Source of the DNA: Epiperipatus broadwayi
Taxonomy: Eukaryota; Animalia; Onychophora
Reading direction: 5' to 3'
DNA length: 64,000 nucleotides
Assembly (NCBI GenBank): GCA_028023455.1
Contig: JAQFVV010000009.1
Coordinates: 9,238,001-9,302,000, forward strand
This document shows positions 50,459-63,212 of this stretch, one piece after another. The notes under the pieces were generated by a model. That model was not told the origin of the DNA, did no database searches, and saw nothing but the letters and a program-made list of their open reading frames with translations. Position 1 is the first letter of the stretch. Each line of letters starts with the position of its first letter. The position numbers and the translations under genes are program-made.

Positions 50459-52099
50459 TATATATCTTATTTGCTCTAATTTAATGTTATTCTCAATTTT
50501 GGAACAAAAATTATTTAAATTCATAGTTTCACCATTTGCTCTTAATGAGAAATGAAAACTTAATTTCAAAATTCATTCTCCTTCTTTGTTAATTATTTTT
50601 GGGTGTGCTTCATGAAAGGATTTGTAATTCACAAATTTACTTCTCAAATATATTTCTTTCGGGGAAATTATAAAATTGAAACAAAAAAAATATATCATAT
50701 ACTTGTGTATTTTTTAAATCAAATTTTAACTTTCTATCTGAATCCATAAATATATAAATATTTAAATCATTGACATCATCAACACAAGAAAACTACCCAT
50801 GAAAAATATACTGAAAGTGGAGATTTTAAATTAAAACATTTACACTTCTGTTTTAATTCAAACAACCTAATTAGTATTCTACCATGGTAACATTAATGCA
50901 CTTCAAAAATAAAAATTGTGAACTAAAATTGCTAATCTTAAGGAAATTAACAATTTTTATAGACCATTTGATTTAAATCAAATGACAAATTTCTGATTTC
51001 TAAATGCTATGCATAATTAAAATATCTGAAATTGGCATATTACACCAATACATAAATTCAAATTCATAATATATCTACAAATGTATGTATTCGACATAAT
51101 AAAAATTCTTGAATTTGCTATATATGACATTAATGGGTACAATTCATGGAAACAAGGCAAGCATTGCTTCTTCTTACTATAATTACATCTTTGATTATTT
51201 TTTAAAATAATATTTTAATATTTATTATATTTTTTAAGTACATTTTTTTTCATAAAAAATGAAGCATTTTTTATTCTAACTGATCTCTTATTTATACTCA
51301 TTGTTTCCAGAAGGTGTTCTTATAATATTTATTAGCACTAATACAATGTTTTGACTAGTTACACATATAAATGATAGGCTAAAGTTTAAAGATATTTGTA
51401 ATAATCTATAAAATATTTTGTCATAGTAGAAGTTTTTGAATTAAATCCACATAGTATCAGAAAGTTGTGCTAATGTTTTCCAGTCAAAGACTCTAAAGCA
51501 ATTTTGTTTTATGCCCTGAATGAAATACAAATGTTGTTAATTTTATATTTAATAAATTGACTAAGACAAATTAAGAGGAACTTATTTAAAAAGACAATTC
51601 ATAGTGCTTTTAAATATGTATAGCTAAAAACAAAATATCAATGCAAAAATAGGTTTAAGTAAATAAATTTTTGTGTGGTACTTTATTATTAATATTGTTT
51701 GTTAAATTATAATTTTTATGTTTAATGATAGGTAAAAAAAAAATATTTTATTCATTTTTTTTTTTTTTTGCTTTTACTTTTTGCATGTTATAATGTAATA
51801 TCACTTATAGATTTTCTTATATATTTAATTTTTTAAAATTTATATTTTATTTTATTTTTCACTGCATATAACTTTAAGCAAAAGAACAAGTGAATTGTTT
51901 TATTAATAACAATTAACAAATAAATGTATATAAATGTATTGTATTAATTCACAAGAATATGTTTATAAAAAAAATATTTAAAAGTTTATAAAAAAAGAAT
52001 TAATTTAATTTTTAAACAATTTATAAATACTATTTTGTAAATAAATATTATTTTAAAAAAATAACAACTGAATTGCTTCCCCTTTCTTTAATCATACCA

Positions 52100-52400
52100 G
52101 TAAGCTGCTGGAAAACCAACCAATTCTATATAAAGTAAAAATTCTTGTTTTTAATATCCTCAACAATAGGAGTTCATACAATACTTGAAGACAAGAAATA
52201 ATGACTTGAGCTTTAATCCAAAAACTTTTAGTTTTCAAGTGCTACATTCTCAAGTATTACAATTTTGCATCCAATCATATCATTAGAAAGAGGAATTGAC
52301 TTGATTTTGTCAGCAGTTGTCAATCCCAATATTTCAAAACCCACATCAATTAAAAATAGTCCAGCTTAATCTTCTTTGTTGTTGAAAAATTTTTTTGTCA
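52100..52400 (-). pseudogene. Buster-family transposase fragment
   Basis: IDVGFEILGLTTADKIKSIPLSNDMIGCKI matches the Buster MLGEKAAxKIxxIPLSNxTVxRRI block. Confidence 0.55.
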
Positions 52401-52998
52401 TTGTTTTATTGATTCAGAAGTCTTAGATAATGAAGATTTTAATATTTTATTTTGTATAAAATTTTATTTAAATGATTTTTTTTCTGCAATTGTCTTTAAA
52501 TACTTGTTCCAAATGAGAAATATGATATATGTTTGATAGTTTCATAATATTATTACAAATTACACACATTAAACCAGAGCATTTCTATAGATTCAGGCCA
52601 AAAAATAAAATTTGATTTTTTTTTTACTTTTTTATCAATGGGGATTCAGAAATATTTGTTTGGTTTCTCCTAGGTCAAAGAGTTTGGATTATTTACACTT
52701 AAAAAAATTATTAATCATTAAATTAATAATTAATTAGGGATCCTTGAGTAATATTTTTAATTTGTTGTAGACCTAAATTTATAAAAAATTGTTCATAATT
52801 TTTATCATCCAATGAACCTGACTTCATATTCTTTAAAGTAAATCAATAAATTAAAAAAATTCTAATATTTTTAGTAATACTTATTTAACAGGAATCTGTC
52901 TCCTATATCTCCAGATTACATAGATATACAAAATATATATGTGCTTGGCACACAGATAATGAAGTTAGTAAATGCAAATAATATTCTGCAATTTAATG

Positions 52999-53045
52999 AG
53001 CTGAGTACTTTCGGGAGGCTTTATGCTCCCATAATCATCATAGCT
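52999..53045 (-). ncRNA. Degenerate hammerhead motif in the 3' pLTR region of a Penelope fragment
   Basis: AGCT-ATGATGA-TTAT-GGGAG-CATAAAGC-CTCCC-GAAA-GTA-CTC-AGCT: helix I AGCU/AGCU, helix II GGGAG/CUCCC, palindromic AGTACT helix III, CUC triplet; C3 replaced by A. Confidence 0.6.
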
Positions 53046-53099
53046 ACTAAAGTATGGAGAACTATACAAATGTAATATGCAAATTAATGTAAAGTGATT

Positions 53100-53480
53100 A
53101 AAGATACCATTTTCGTGCAAGAGAAAAAAACATGCATTTCATCTGTTGATTGATGTTGGATTGCTTGCTATATAACATGCTTCTTTTACTTTCTGTTTGG
53201 TGTCTTTCAGAACAAAGAACAATTGCTGTAGTTGGTTGGAAAACATGACCAGTGGCCCTTTCATATTCGGCGAAAATTGAATTACCTTCTAGTTTAGTTA
53301 TAGACATATTATAAAGGTATTTGTGCTGTGCTATTCTGGTTGCAATGTTAGTCCTGGTTTCTCCATAATATGAAGCTTGGCAATTATTCCGAGGGCATAC
53401 GATTTTATAAATGACTTGAGATGGTAGTTTAGATGTGATTCTATCTTTGATATACATAAAAGTTTCATATAAATATATTC
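53100..53480 (-). pseudogene. Penelope-like element GIY-YIG endonuclease fragment
   Basis: KDRITSKLPSQVIYKIVCPRNNCQASYYGETRTNIATRIAQHK..SIFAEYERATGHVF in ORF 53098-53589 has the VIY..C..C..YYGET.R..R..QH signature; RT is absent. Confidence 0.85.
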
Positions 53481-55269
53481 CTTTTTGTACAAATAATAAA
53501 CTCCAATGGTAACTATAAGCTATTCTGGAGTTTACTGAACTTAATAAGTAAAATGATATATTTTCTTTTTTTTTGAAATGATGAAACAAAAAAAAAGGTT
53601 GAAAATTTTCTATATTAAAAACAATATATATATATTATCAAATCAACAGTGTTAAATGGGACTCCTGTACCAAATGAAATAATTACTTTTGTGCTACTTT
53701 TAATTTATTAATAGTTAGTAATACTAAAATTATTTTTTTCTTTGTTTTTAAAATAGATTAAATGTATATATTTTTTTTTTTTAAAAAAAAGTTTCCACTT
53801 ATTATATTTGCTAAAATAAATAAAATATTTTATTTAAGAGTTAGCTTTTTTTTTCTTTTATCTGTTTCTGAATGGTGAAATTTATATATGCTTTTAAAAT
53901 TTTAAATATACTTGTACATGTAATATCATATTAATTTTTCTTATTTTATTCATTTCATTGTAGTCATATTAAGGGGGAAAGCATCATATTGTGTATTTGC
54001 AGCAAATTAGTAGAAAATAATCCTTTAATTCACAGTTAACTGCACATGTGTACACATTTATATATCTATGTGCTACTTGAAATTATCACATTATTTGTAT
54101 GTATTTTCAGTTCAGTAAATAATCTAGTTTTTTTATTGATTAAAAAAGTTTTAAATTAATGTGCAATGCTAGAATGTGTGTGTATTATTTTTTCAGTATT
54201 TTAAATTTCTGTAGGTTTACAGATAGCCATTTCTTTATTCAGTTTTTTAAAGAATTAATTATTCAATATTTATGAGAAATAAAAATGTTTTAAATGTAAT
54301 TTTAAAGTTATAAAAATTTAACAACATGAAATTGATAAAAAAAATCTCTGATAAATAATTTTAGTATCAAAACATATTCTTTAGAAGCCCTTTGTAGAAA
54401 ATTTTAATTGCTATAATTTGTTTTATTCAGTTTTAAAATTTAATTATTAAACATTTATGAGAGAAAAAAACATCTACATAAAAGCATTTTCAGCAATTTA
54501 AATTGAGTACTGTTTTGACATTGCATTAAATGAATAATATGTCTATTTTCACTCTGATAAATAGGAAATAAATTTGTGAATGTGTGATATTTTTCCATTT
54601 CAAATTATCTTCATGATCTATATCTTGCACATTAGGAAGCAGTAACAATTCATAAAAGTCAAAGAAAGTTACTTCTTTAATTTCTTTGGTTTTAAACATC
54701 TTAATATTTATTTCAGAGCACATGTCCAGAGATTAAATTTAATGAATTTCCAAAAATATAACATAGATTATTTTATAGCAGTATCTAAAAATCAATTAGT
54801 TTATTTATGTTTTTTTCCCCCTCAAATTACCTGAAAATTATAAATATCAAGATGAATTATAAACTGCCTGATGAATTATAAAATCAACTTAAAATACTGA
54901 GTGATCAAAAATAATGCATTGGAACAATGATATGCATTTGGCAAAATCTCAAAGGATATTATGATTAAACAATCACTAGCATCCTGATAAGTGAGAGGGT
55001 CATAGAAATGAGTACAAAATAACTGGCCATGGGTCCATTTGTAATAACTATCTAGTATAATCATATTTATCTGAATATATTTCAGTAGTGCTTATTTTTC
55101 TCTGCAAAAATACTTTTTGGTCTAAAATTGTAAAAATCTAAGATTTTTTTGCAAGCCTTTAGCTGAGAAATACTGACTTTAATTCATATATTTTAAGTTA
55201 TAACTTAATATAATATATTATATAATTATTTATTTAATAATTTTGTTTGTTCCATGTAAATAAAATAAA

Positions 55270-55393
55270 GGCTAATGGCTTTATTGCTCAGGAGTTCATA
55301 AGAAGCTTGAGTATCAGACCTGCAAGCACCAGAATCGATTCTGGGACTTCCTAATCCCAAAGTTGTATGCTCTATCATTGCGCCAAACCATGC
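55270..55393 (-). mobile_element. tRNA-derived SINE
   Basis: A-box-like TGGCGCAATGATAGAGC and B-box-like CCCAGAATCGATTCTGG on the minus strand; tail shared with 6800-6845. Confidence 0.55.
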
Positions 55394-55721
55394 AGGAATG
55401 TTTCAGGTATTATAATGTAATACAGAGTTTATATTTAAAAAAAAAAAAACACAATTATGTAATATATTAAAGTTTTTGAAATAATTACTCATTAATTCCA
55501 GACAAAAAGTACATAAATATAGAGTACAATGTTTAAAATGTAAGTTGTTTAAAGTGATAAAAAATAATATCATTCAATGTTAAATTTAAGCTCTTTAATT
55601 AAAATAAAATAAAAAGTTTCCAAAAGTTTTCTAAAAGGTAGCCACCTAATGCAAGCTAAAGTAATCAATAGATGCCATAATGTTATGCATTTAATCCTAT
55701 CTAAAGCCTACTCATCCAATA

Positions 55722-55763
55722 TCCTCAGATTAGTTTCTAGCTTATGGCTTTCATCAGTGAGAA
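55722..55763 (-). ncRNA. Hammerhead motif, family A (near intact)
   Basis: TTCTCA-CTGATGA-AAGCCATAAGCTA-GAAA-CTA-ATC-TGAGGA; one mismatch in helix III. Confidence 0.7.
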
Positions 55764-56047
55764 GCCTTAGATCTAAGAGCAGCATATCTAGATCTTTAGT
55801 TGTGTAAGCATAAAAAAAGATAATCATGTGATAGCTTAATAATAATCCTAACCAAAGAATATTGGTTACTATGGTTATTAATAAATCAAAATATACAGAT
55901 ACTGAACTGGATTTCAGATCTGTATGACTAACAAGGAAATTATCTTGAATTGAAAACATTAATTTGTTTTTAATTTGAGCTCACAGGTTTGTGCTGGAGA
56001 GATTCATTAGATCCAAAGATCTAGGTGCATTGTTCTCAGACCCAAGG

Positions 56048-56089
56048 TCCTCACTGATGAAAGCGATAAGCTAGAAACTAGTCAGGGAA
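56048..56089 (+). ncRNA. Hammerhead motif, family A (core intact, helix I weakened)
   Basis: TCCTCA-CTGATGA-AAGCGATAAGCTA-GAAA-CTAGTC-AGGGAA. Confidence 0.7.
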
Positions 56090-59000
56090 TATTGGATGAG
56101 TAGATATTAGATAGGATTAAATGTACAATCTTCTAGCATTTATTGAGTACTATATCCTTCCACTAAATGACCCTATTGAGTAGAAAAAGTAGCTACTTTT
56201 TTAACAGCTTGTGTAAGGATAAGAAATGCTGATCATGTGATGGTTTAATGTTTCTAAAAGTTAATATATTAACACATTTACTGACTATTAAATAGAATAA
56301 ATCTTTATTAGAAAGTAAATTTTCATAAAAATATTTGAGTGAGACAGTTATTTAAAATATTAAATTTATGTTATGGGAGTCAGATGACCAGCCATATGGT
56401 AAATGATTATTTTATTTCTATTTGTTGTTTGCTTTTATGGGAGAGGCATTAACTTTGAAATTTTAATTTCTTGATTCTACAAACTTTACTTACCATGAAA
56501 AAATTTAGGTAATCTTAAATATTTGATGCAACAATTGTAGATGGCTTCTTCAGCAGAAATTTTTATTTTTGACTGTCTGGAGTTAATAAGAACCTGATTA
56601 ATCTTGGAAGATATGGCTAGATTTTGTAATTGTTTAAAAGATTTTGTTTTGCATTTGAAATGGATATTTTATGGCTGATTTTTGTTGCAACGTTTAACTG
56701 TGATAATTATTTGCAATCAAGAATGATTTCTTGGTAATTAGATGACTGTTTAATTGAAAGTAGATTCTTACATGGAAATCTTCTTGATAATTTTTTTAGA
56801 TGTCTATGTAATAGCTGGATTTGATATATATATAGTATGTTAAACATAATCATTTATTAAGATTAGATTGTGGGGCAATTGGTTACAATCCCTCCCCATT
56901 TCCTACTAATCTCTCTATTTTATTAAAAGATATGTAAGTAAAAATTATTTCTATAAAAAGACTAATTTGAATTTTCAAATTTTTAAGTTTTTAGCAGTGC
57001 ATCTCTCATCTCAGCTCTATCATATTGCAGTCATCGCCAGTAGAAAAAGTCAGCCACTTTCTCACACTATATATGCATTTCATGACAACTTCACTCTTCA
57101 AGTGAAACAGAGATATCAAACAGCTAAATCTCCCTGATCATATTGACACTTTATTACCTTTTATTATATCCCTCTCATATAAGATAGGGAACACCTTATG
57201 TATACATTCTAGTTTTATAATTTCATTAATGCACTTCTCATATGAACTCCTTATATCATAACTATCTGGCAGTGCAGAAAATCAGACCATTCCTTTCTCA
57301 TTAAATGTGCCTTTTGTGAACAAAGACAAGATGAGCTTGAACTTGCATTTACTTAAATAAAAATGATTGATTATATATATGTAAGAGAGTAGATTGTGAG
57401 CTTCAGATCTAACATTTTAAAATAAGATTACCATTTATTGGATGAAATAATGTATTACCATAGCTACAATTGTATATTCAAATAAAAAGAAAACTCATAT
57501 AGAAGTGTAAAATTTAAAAAGTGTCCTATTTTTCATAATGAACCAATCAGAATGTTATTTATAATTAATTCACTTAATACAATACTGTATGTGTGTCTTT
57601 TTTTTTTTAAAATCTCTGTACTAATAAATTTTCTTTCCTTTTTTTCTACCATTAGGCTTTATTACATAAGAAAAATAAAATGAAGTATGAGTACTTTATC
57701 ACAATACAATTATGTGAATTTTATAAGTGATACATTTATATGTGCAAAACGATTGGATTATCATAACTAGAATATGTAGAACTTACATGTTCATACAATT
57801 GCCCTAGAGGAGCAAATAAATAGTTTAATTTAAATAACCAAGGTAAAACTGAGATAAAACTGATACTTTGTCATAATATGTATCATTAGAATAAAATGTT
57901 TTTTTATTTGTTACCAACAGCCTAAAAACTTGGAATAGCCTACATTAGTTAGTAGTGATATGGCATCATGAGTGATCATGAGATCTTAGGGTAACAAAAT
58001 TCCACACTTAGTCTTAACATATATATAAGAAAATATAATGCATATCACTATACATACATATATATATATATAGAAATAATAACGTAATAAATGTTCTTAA
58101 ATAATAGAGATGTTAATATAAAAGATTACCTCACTTTCATGGAAACTGTGAGGTCTTAATATCAGTGGGTCAATAATTAAAATAATATAACTTGATAAAA
58201 TAGTCACTTATTAAATTTTTCTTGTTAAGAATCCTCTTTGCACACATACATATTCACATAACTGTGCAAAGCAATCTGAATCAGCATATACTATGCATCA
58301 TAATTTGCTGATGAAGTAAATTCTTCACACAATTCCTAATATAAATAGATATATATGTTAAATGTTTGATCAGAGGAGCAAATAAGCATTTTTAGCATAG
58401 CCAATTGCATATATAATGAAATTAAATATATACATATTATTTTAAATAAAGCAGCATCAATAAAATTCTTATAAATTTGTTCTTACAAAGTATTCACCTC
58501 TGGTATGCAGCAAGCTAAAGAACACATCAGTTGGTCTTATGATTTTGCCATCATATTTTCAAAACATTATGGAGAAATCCTGAATGAAACTTTTCAGTGC
58601 CTTTATACTACATCTACAAAAGGCCAAGAAGTCTTATTTCCTTACAATGAATTGGACAACTCTATGTACAACTTAATTGTAATTAGTTAAACTGCTTTAA
58701 TGAAATAATCTATTTCTATTTTGTAAAATTCAACAGCAGCCCATTGGAATCTGTGTTGTCTCTCAACATCCAGTTCTGGCTTTCTACCTAAAAAATTATT
58801 AAGACATTTAGACTGATTAAGGCAATAACTATTCAACCCAAAAGTTAGTAAAGATTTTATTTCATCCAGTCATGACTAAGTTTTTCAAGCACTAATTACT
58901 AAACAAATTCTTTATACTTATGCATTCAAAGCATTAAAGAACATTCTGTAGATCATCATTTGAATTGATAAGAATCACCACCATACCATAAATCTATGAG

Positions 59001-59472
59001 TTAAAAAGTTCTTGTTTTTGCTTTTAAGCAGTTAAAAATTAAAAATCCTGTCATCATGCCTACATTATATTATAATATTTATTCCATAAACTGGTCACTC
59101 TCTACATATGCATATATATAAACATGTATGCATGTTATGTAAAACAGAATATAAATAATTTACTATAGAGCAATGATCTCTTCAATATTCATCTGCAGAT
59201 GAAAAGTGAAAAAGATTTTATTCATCACAACAGTCAACTTCCATATTTAGCTATTTTTCTTCTTTTTTTTTACGATTTACTTAAAAATAGTAAAATACCT
59301 ATTCACCAATCAATAATCATTTGTCTATCTGCATTGACCGTGAGTCAACTTTTCAAAAATGTTTTAAAGTTTACTTGAAAACTATTAGCCATCTGAAAGA
59401 ATTTACAAGTTTCACCTAAATGCAAATACTGATGATGGTCGTGGTAGGAAACTGCAATAATCAATATACCAA

Positions 59473-59556
59473 AATTCTATTTTCCATTATATATATATAA
59501 AGATTAAGTACTATAATTCTATTTTCCATTATATATATATAAAGATTAAGTACTAT
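59473..59556. repeat. 42-bp perfect tandem duplication
   Basis: aattctattttccattatatatatataaagattaagtactat twice. Confidence 0.9.
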
Positions 59557-62500
59557 ACTGAAAGAAAGTTAGTAACTAATCAAATTAATTCACAGCATTC
59601 CCAAATTGTATTTCATTATATTATAAACTATAAAACCCTTAAAAAAAATATCAGAATAACTCCCCTCACTATAAATTTCATGAAATAAATTCCATTTTAG
59701 GTGAATTAGAGGTTTCTACATAAAAACTGTGGTTGCATACTCATTTTATTGCAAATATGTTAAAATCAGCTAAGTACATAATCATACTATTATATAGAAA
59801 ACCAGACTATCATATTTGGTAGGAAGATTCAGTTGTTTAAACCCTAGATCACATAAAGAATGAAGATTTATTCTGTGAATATATATATATAATGAGAAGA
59901 TTTAGTTTGATATCTTTGTCATTAGTTTGATAACTTTTGAGATTAAAGAGTGCAATTTAAGAGTGCTATGAATTAATTTGATTGATTATATAAATAAAAG
60001 AGGAAAAGAAGAAGAGGGAGAGGAAGGGAAAGAGAGGGATGAAGTAAGAGAGTGAGAGAAGGAAAGAAAGAAAGGGGTAGATAGAGAATATATATAAAAA
60101 AAGAAATTTATTGTGTACTTACTTTGTAAAATATCAATATTTTTCACCTTCTGATTTAATCCTTTATCTTGTAAATATAATTTGGCATCAGTAGTCCAAG
60201 AGTTTTCTACTGTCCTGAGGTATTTGGATTTCTTAAACTGTTCCATAAGTCTCAGTTGAGTTTCATAACTATCTATACTTTCTTTACAGGATGTTAGGAT
60301 ATGAATTATATCATCTACATCATAAATGGAAAGTGAAGGAAGATTATGTGAGTGTAAAGTAGAATACCTGTAAAAATAAAATTATTTTTTTAAAATTATA
60401 ATTTATATTTCATGAATCTTCTTTCTTAGCATACTTAATGCAATCTATCTTTACTTATAGCTTTGTTTAAGTATATTGAGTAGGCAATGGATTGTGAGTT
60501 CAACACAATCAATTCTTGTATAGCATAAAAAATATTGTAAAGGAACGGAAAAGCGCAAACATTAACTTATGATAATGAAATTATTTGCTTAAGTAATGCT
60601 ATGGTAAAGATGATAGCCAAACTATAAAAACCAAAAACAAAACAAAATGCTTTAAGAGATAATTTATTGATGGCTCATGAGACAATACAAGATAATATAA
60701 GGAAAGTTCACTTTTTTATGAGGGATGCAATCAATAAAAAAAAATGTTTAATAAATTTCAATTTATGAATAATAATTAATAAAAATTAAAAAATTTTTTA
60801 AATGGGTTACTTGAAAAAGTGAATAGGCACAAAAAATAATAAAAAATAAAATAAAAAAAGAAGAAAACAATAGAAGTTTGAAATGATTGTGAAAATATAA
60901 ATACATTTTAGAAAGCAATCTATTGGAGTAGAATATATTTATAATAAGTGACATACTGCAGTTATTTAAGACTATGACAAGTATTCTGGATATTAAAGAG
61001 AGTAAACTATTAAACATCACATGATCTTTGTTTACACATTTTCCTATCTATTAACAATCTAATAGCAATTTACTTCCAATCTTCCTATATTTATGCCATT
61101 TAGTGTGAGCTTTAGTAATCAATAGATGCAAATGTATAAGAATTTATTAAGCACTATCATCTGACATCTATTGATTACTAATGCTTACACCAGATGGCAT
61201 AAAAATAGTGAGATTAGAAAAAAAATATTAAAAAGTATGTACAAATAAATATAGATTATTTCAGATTGGGATTAAAAAATATGTGCAGTATTATCAGAAT
61301 GTAAGAATTTGAAGGATTTAAGGGCAAATTTTCAATTTATGAAGTATGAGAAGTTTAGCTGAGAAGATAATGAAGAAAGGATGATACTTGGATTAGAATT
61401 CACTCATAGCTAGGTAAATATGAAGCATTGAATAGAATTTAAAATGTCTATGAAGTAGAATAGGTGTAAGGGATAGAGACTGTTCAAATATAATTCAAAG
61501 AAAGCTAACAGCTTTGAAAAGAGAACGCTACTTAAGCACATAAATTTATTTGGTCTTCTTCATTCAGATAGAAGGACTACTAGACTTATATTAATTATTA
61601 TTATCTAATATATTTTTTTAAAAAGCAATACGTTTTTGTATGAAGTTTAATGAAAGATAAGCATACTTCTTAAAAAAGTCCTCAAAATAATTCAATAAGA
61701 AAATATAAATATTATATATATATATATTGTAATGGTCTTTAGTGGTGAATAAAGATATCACCAAATTATTAAATGATTTCAATTATCATGGATAGTATAA
61801 CTACTAAAACCATAAATTATTTCCTTGTATGCATATGTTTGTAACACATCCGTAAAATTTTGTACATGTAAATAAATTAAAACAAATAAATATAAGTAAT
61901 AATAAAGGAAAATCATATTTCTTCTGTACAGATCAAAACTCCTTGCTATCACCATTTATGCAGGGTTTCATTTATCACTCCATACCCATAGGTCTACTTT
62001 ACCATCATCATAGTTAACATATAATTTATAGAATGTAAACTTTTATTGATAATATCTTGCTTCAAATTAATCTTAATACTCATATGATATAACAGTAAAC
62101 ATGATAAAAGTTTATTAATACAGAACAAACTATCATAAGTATCAATAAACAATTAAAAAGAGGGAAAAAAATTGTCTTAACTTATTTACCTCACTATCAT
62201 TATTCTAAGATATAAATAATAACTAATGTTCATAGAATGATTGAAAAAATTCAGAACATTTCACTTTGACTGCTCTGTAATTATAAATTTTATTATTTGA
62301 TCCAGTAATAAAAAAACACAACTTTACTTAAAATTCCTATTGTATTCATTTAAATATCATTTTATTGTAACTTCTTTCTAATAATAATTATATATCACAG
62401 AATTTATCTTAAAAAAAAAATTATACATGGGTATGCGCAATATGTGAACATATGAATTATGGCTATAACTTCACATATAAGTTAGGTAAAAAAAAACATT

Positions 62501-63066
62501 CTTTAAATTAAAACATTATAACAATGTTTTCATAAATACACATTCTTTACCAGTTTTTACAAATATGCATTGTAATATTGAAATACAAGTATAATGTATA
62601 TACTTAACATAGATTGTAATTAAAGGGGCTTTAAACCCAGACTTTCAAGCACTCTGTAGGGAGCATGAAAATCTGGGTTCAAATCCCCTGTAATTATATA
62701 TATATATTGATTAAAATGAAATTATATAGCTGATTTACACGCACACATATATAGTGATTTGACTTGGGAAATGCCAAATATAAAATAGTAATTAGCAACA
62801 TTATGCTACAAATATTAATTTATGTAGATGAGAATTTTTCATGACTTAACAATATTTCTAACTACACATCTTGATAAAACAATACTTGAACCAAACCTTT
62901 GATTGAATTTGTCATGTTCTAAAGAACAGCAGATCTGCAAAGTTTATCTTTATTTCCTACGATCAGTTATATAACGTTAATTGACTTGAGATATAAATAT
63001 TTCAGCATCTTATATCTTTGATTTTCCAATTCATATGGAGTTACATAATATGTATGATATATACAG

Positions 63067-63212
63067 GGGACCAGATTTGAACTAAGCCAGCCGTATACTC
63101 ATTAAATTATTTTAGAAATAATACACAAAGTTTTAAACTTAATTAGGGACCAAATTTGAACTAAGCCAGCTGTATAGTCATTAAATTATTTTAGAAATAA
63201 TACACAGTTTTA
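63067..63212. repeat. 79-bp tandem duplication
   Basis: gggacca(g/a)atttgaactaagccagc at 63067 and 63146. Confidence 0.9.

Larger units (their letters stand above)
55638..56250. mobile_element. Hammerhead repeat family A insertion 4 (short arm plus a full inverted unit, period ~409 bp)
   Basis: 10-bp TSD TTTCTAAAAG (55628-55637, 56251-56260); orientation flips at ~55798; ttgtgtaag at 55800 and 56209. Confidence 0.8.

Noticed and set aside
54526-55064. Two minus-strand ORFs (65 and 62 aa) as possible exons or a pogo DDE remnant
   Set aside because: Splice sites are weak and the motif resemblance is too vague to choose between the two.
59425-59462. CTGATGA...GGAAACTGCAATA hammerhead-like string
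   Set aside because: Neither helix I nor helix II can pair; likely chance.
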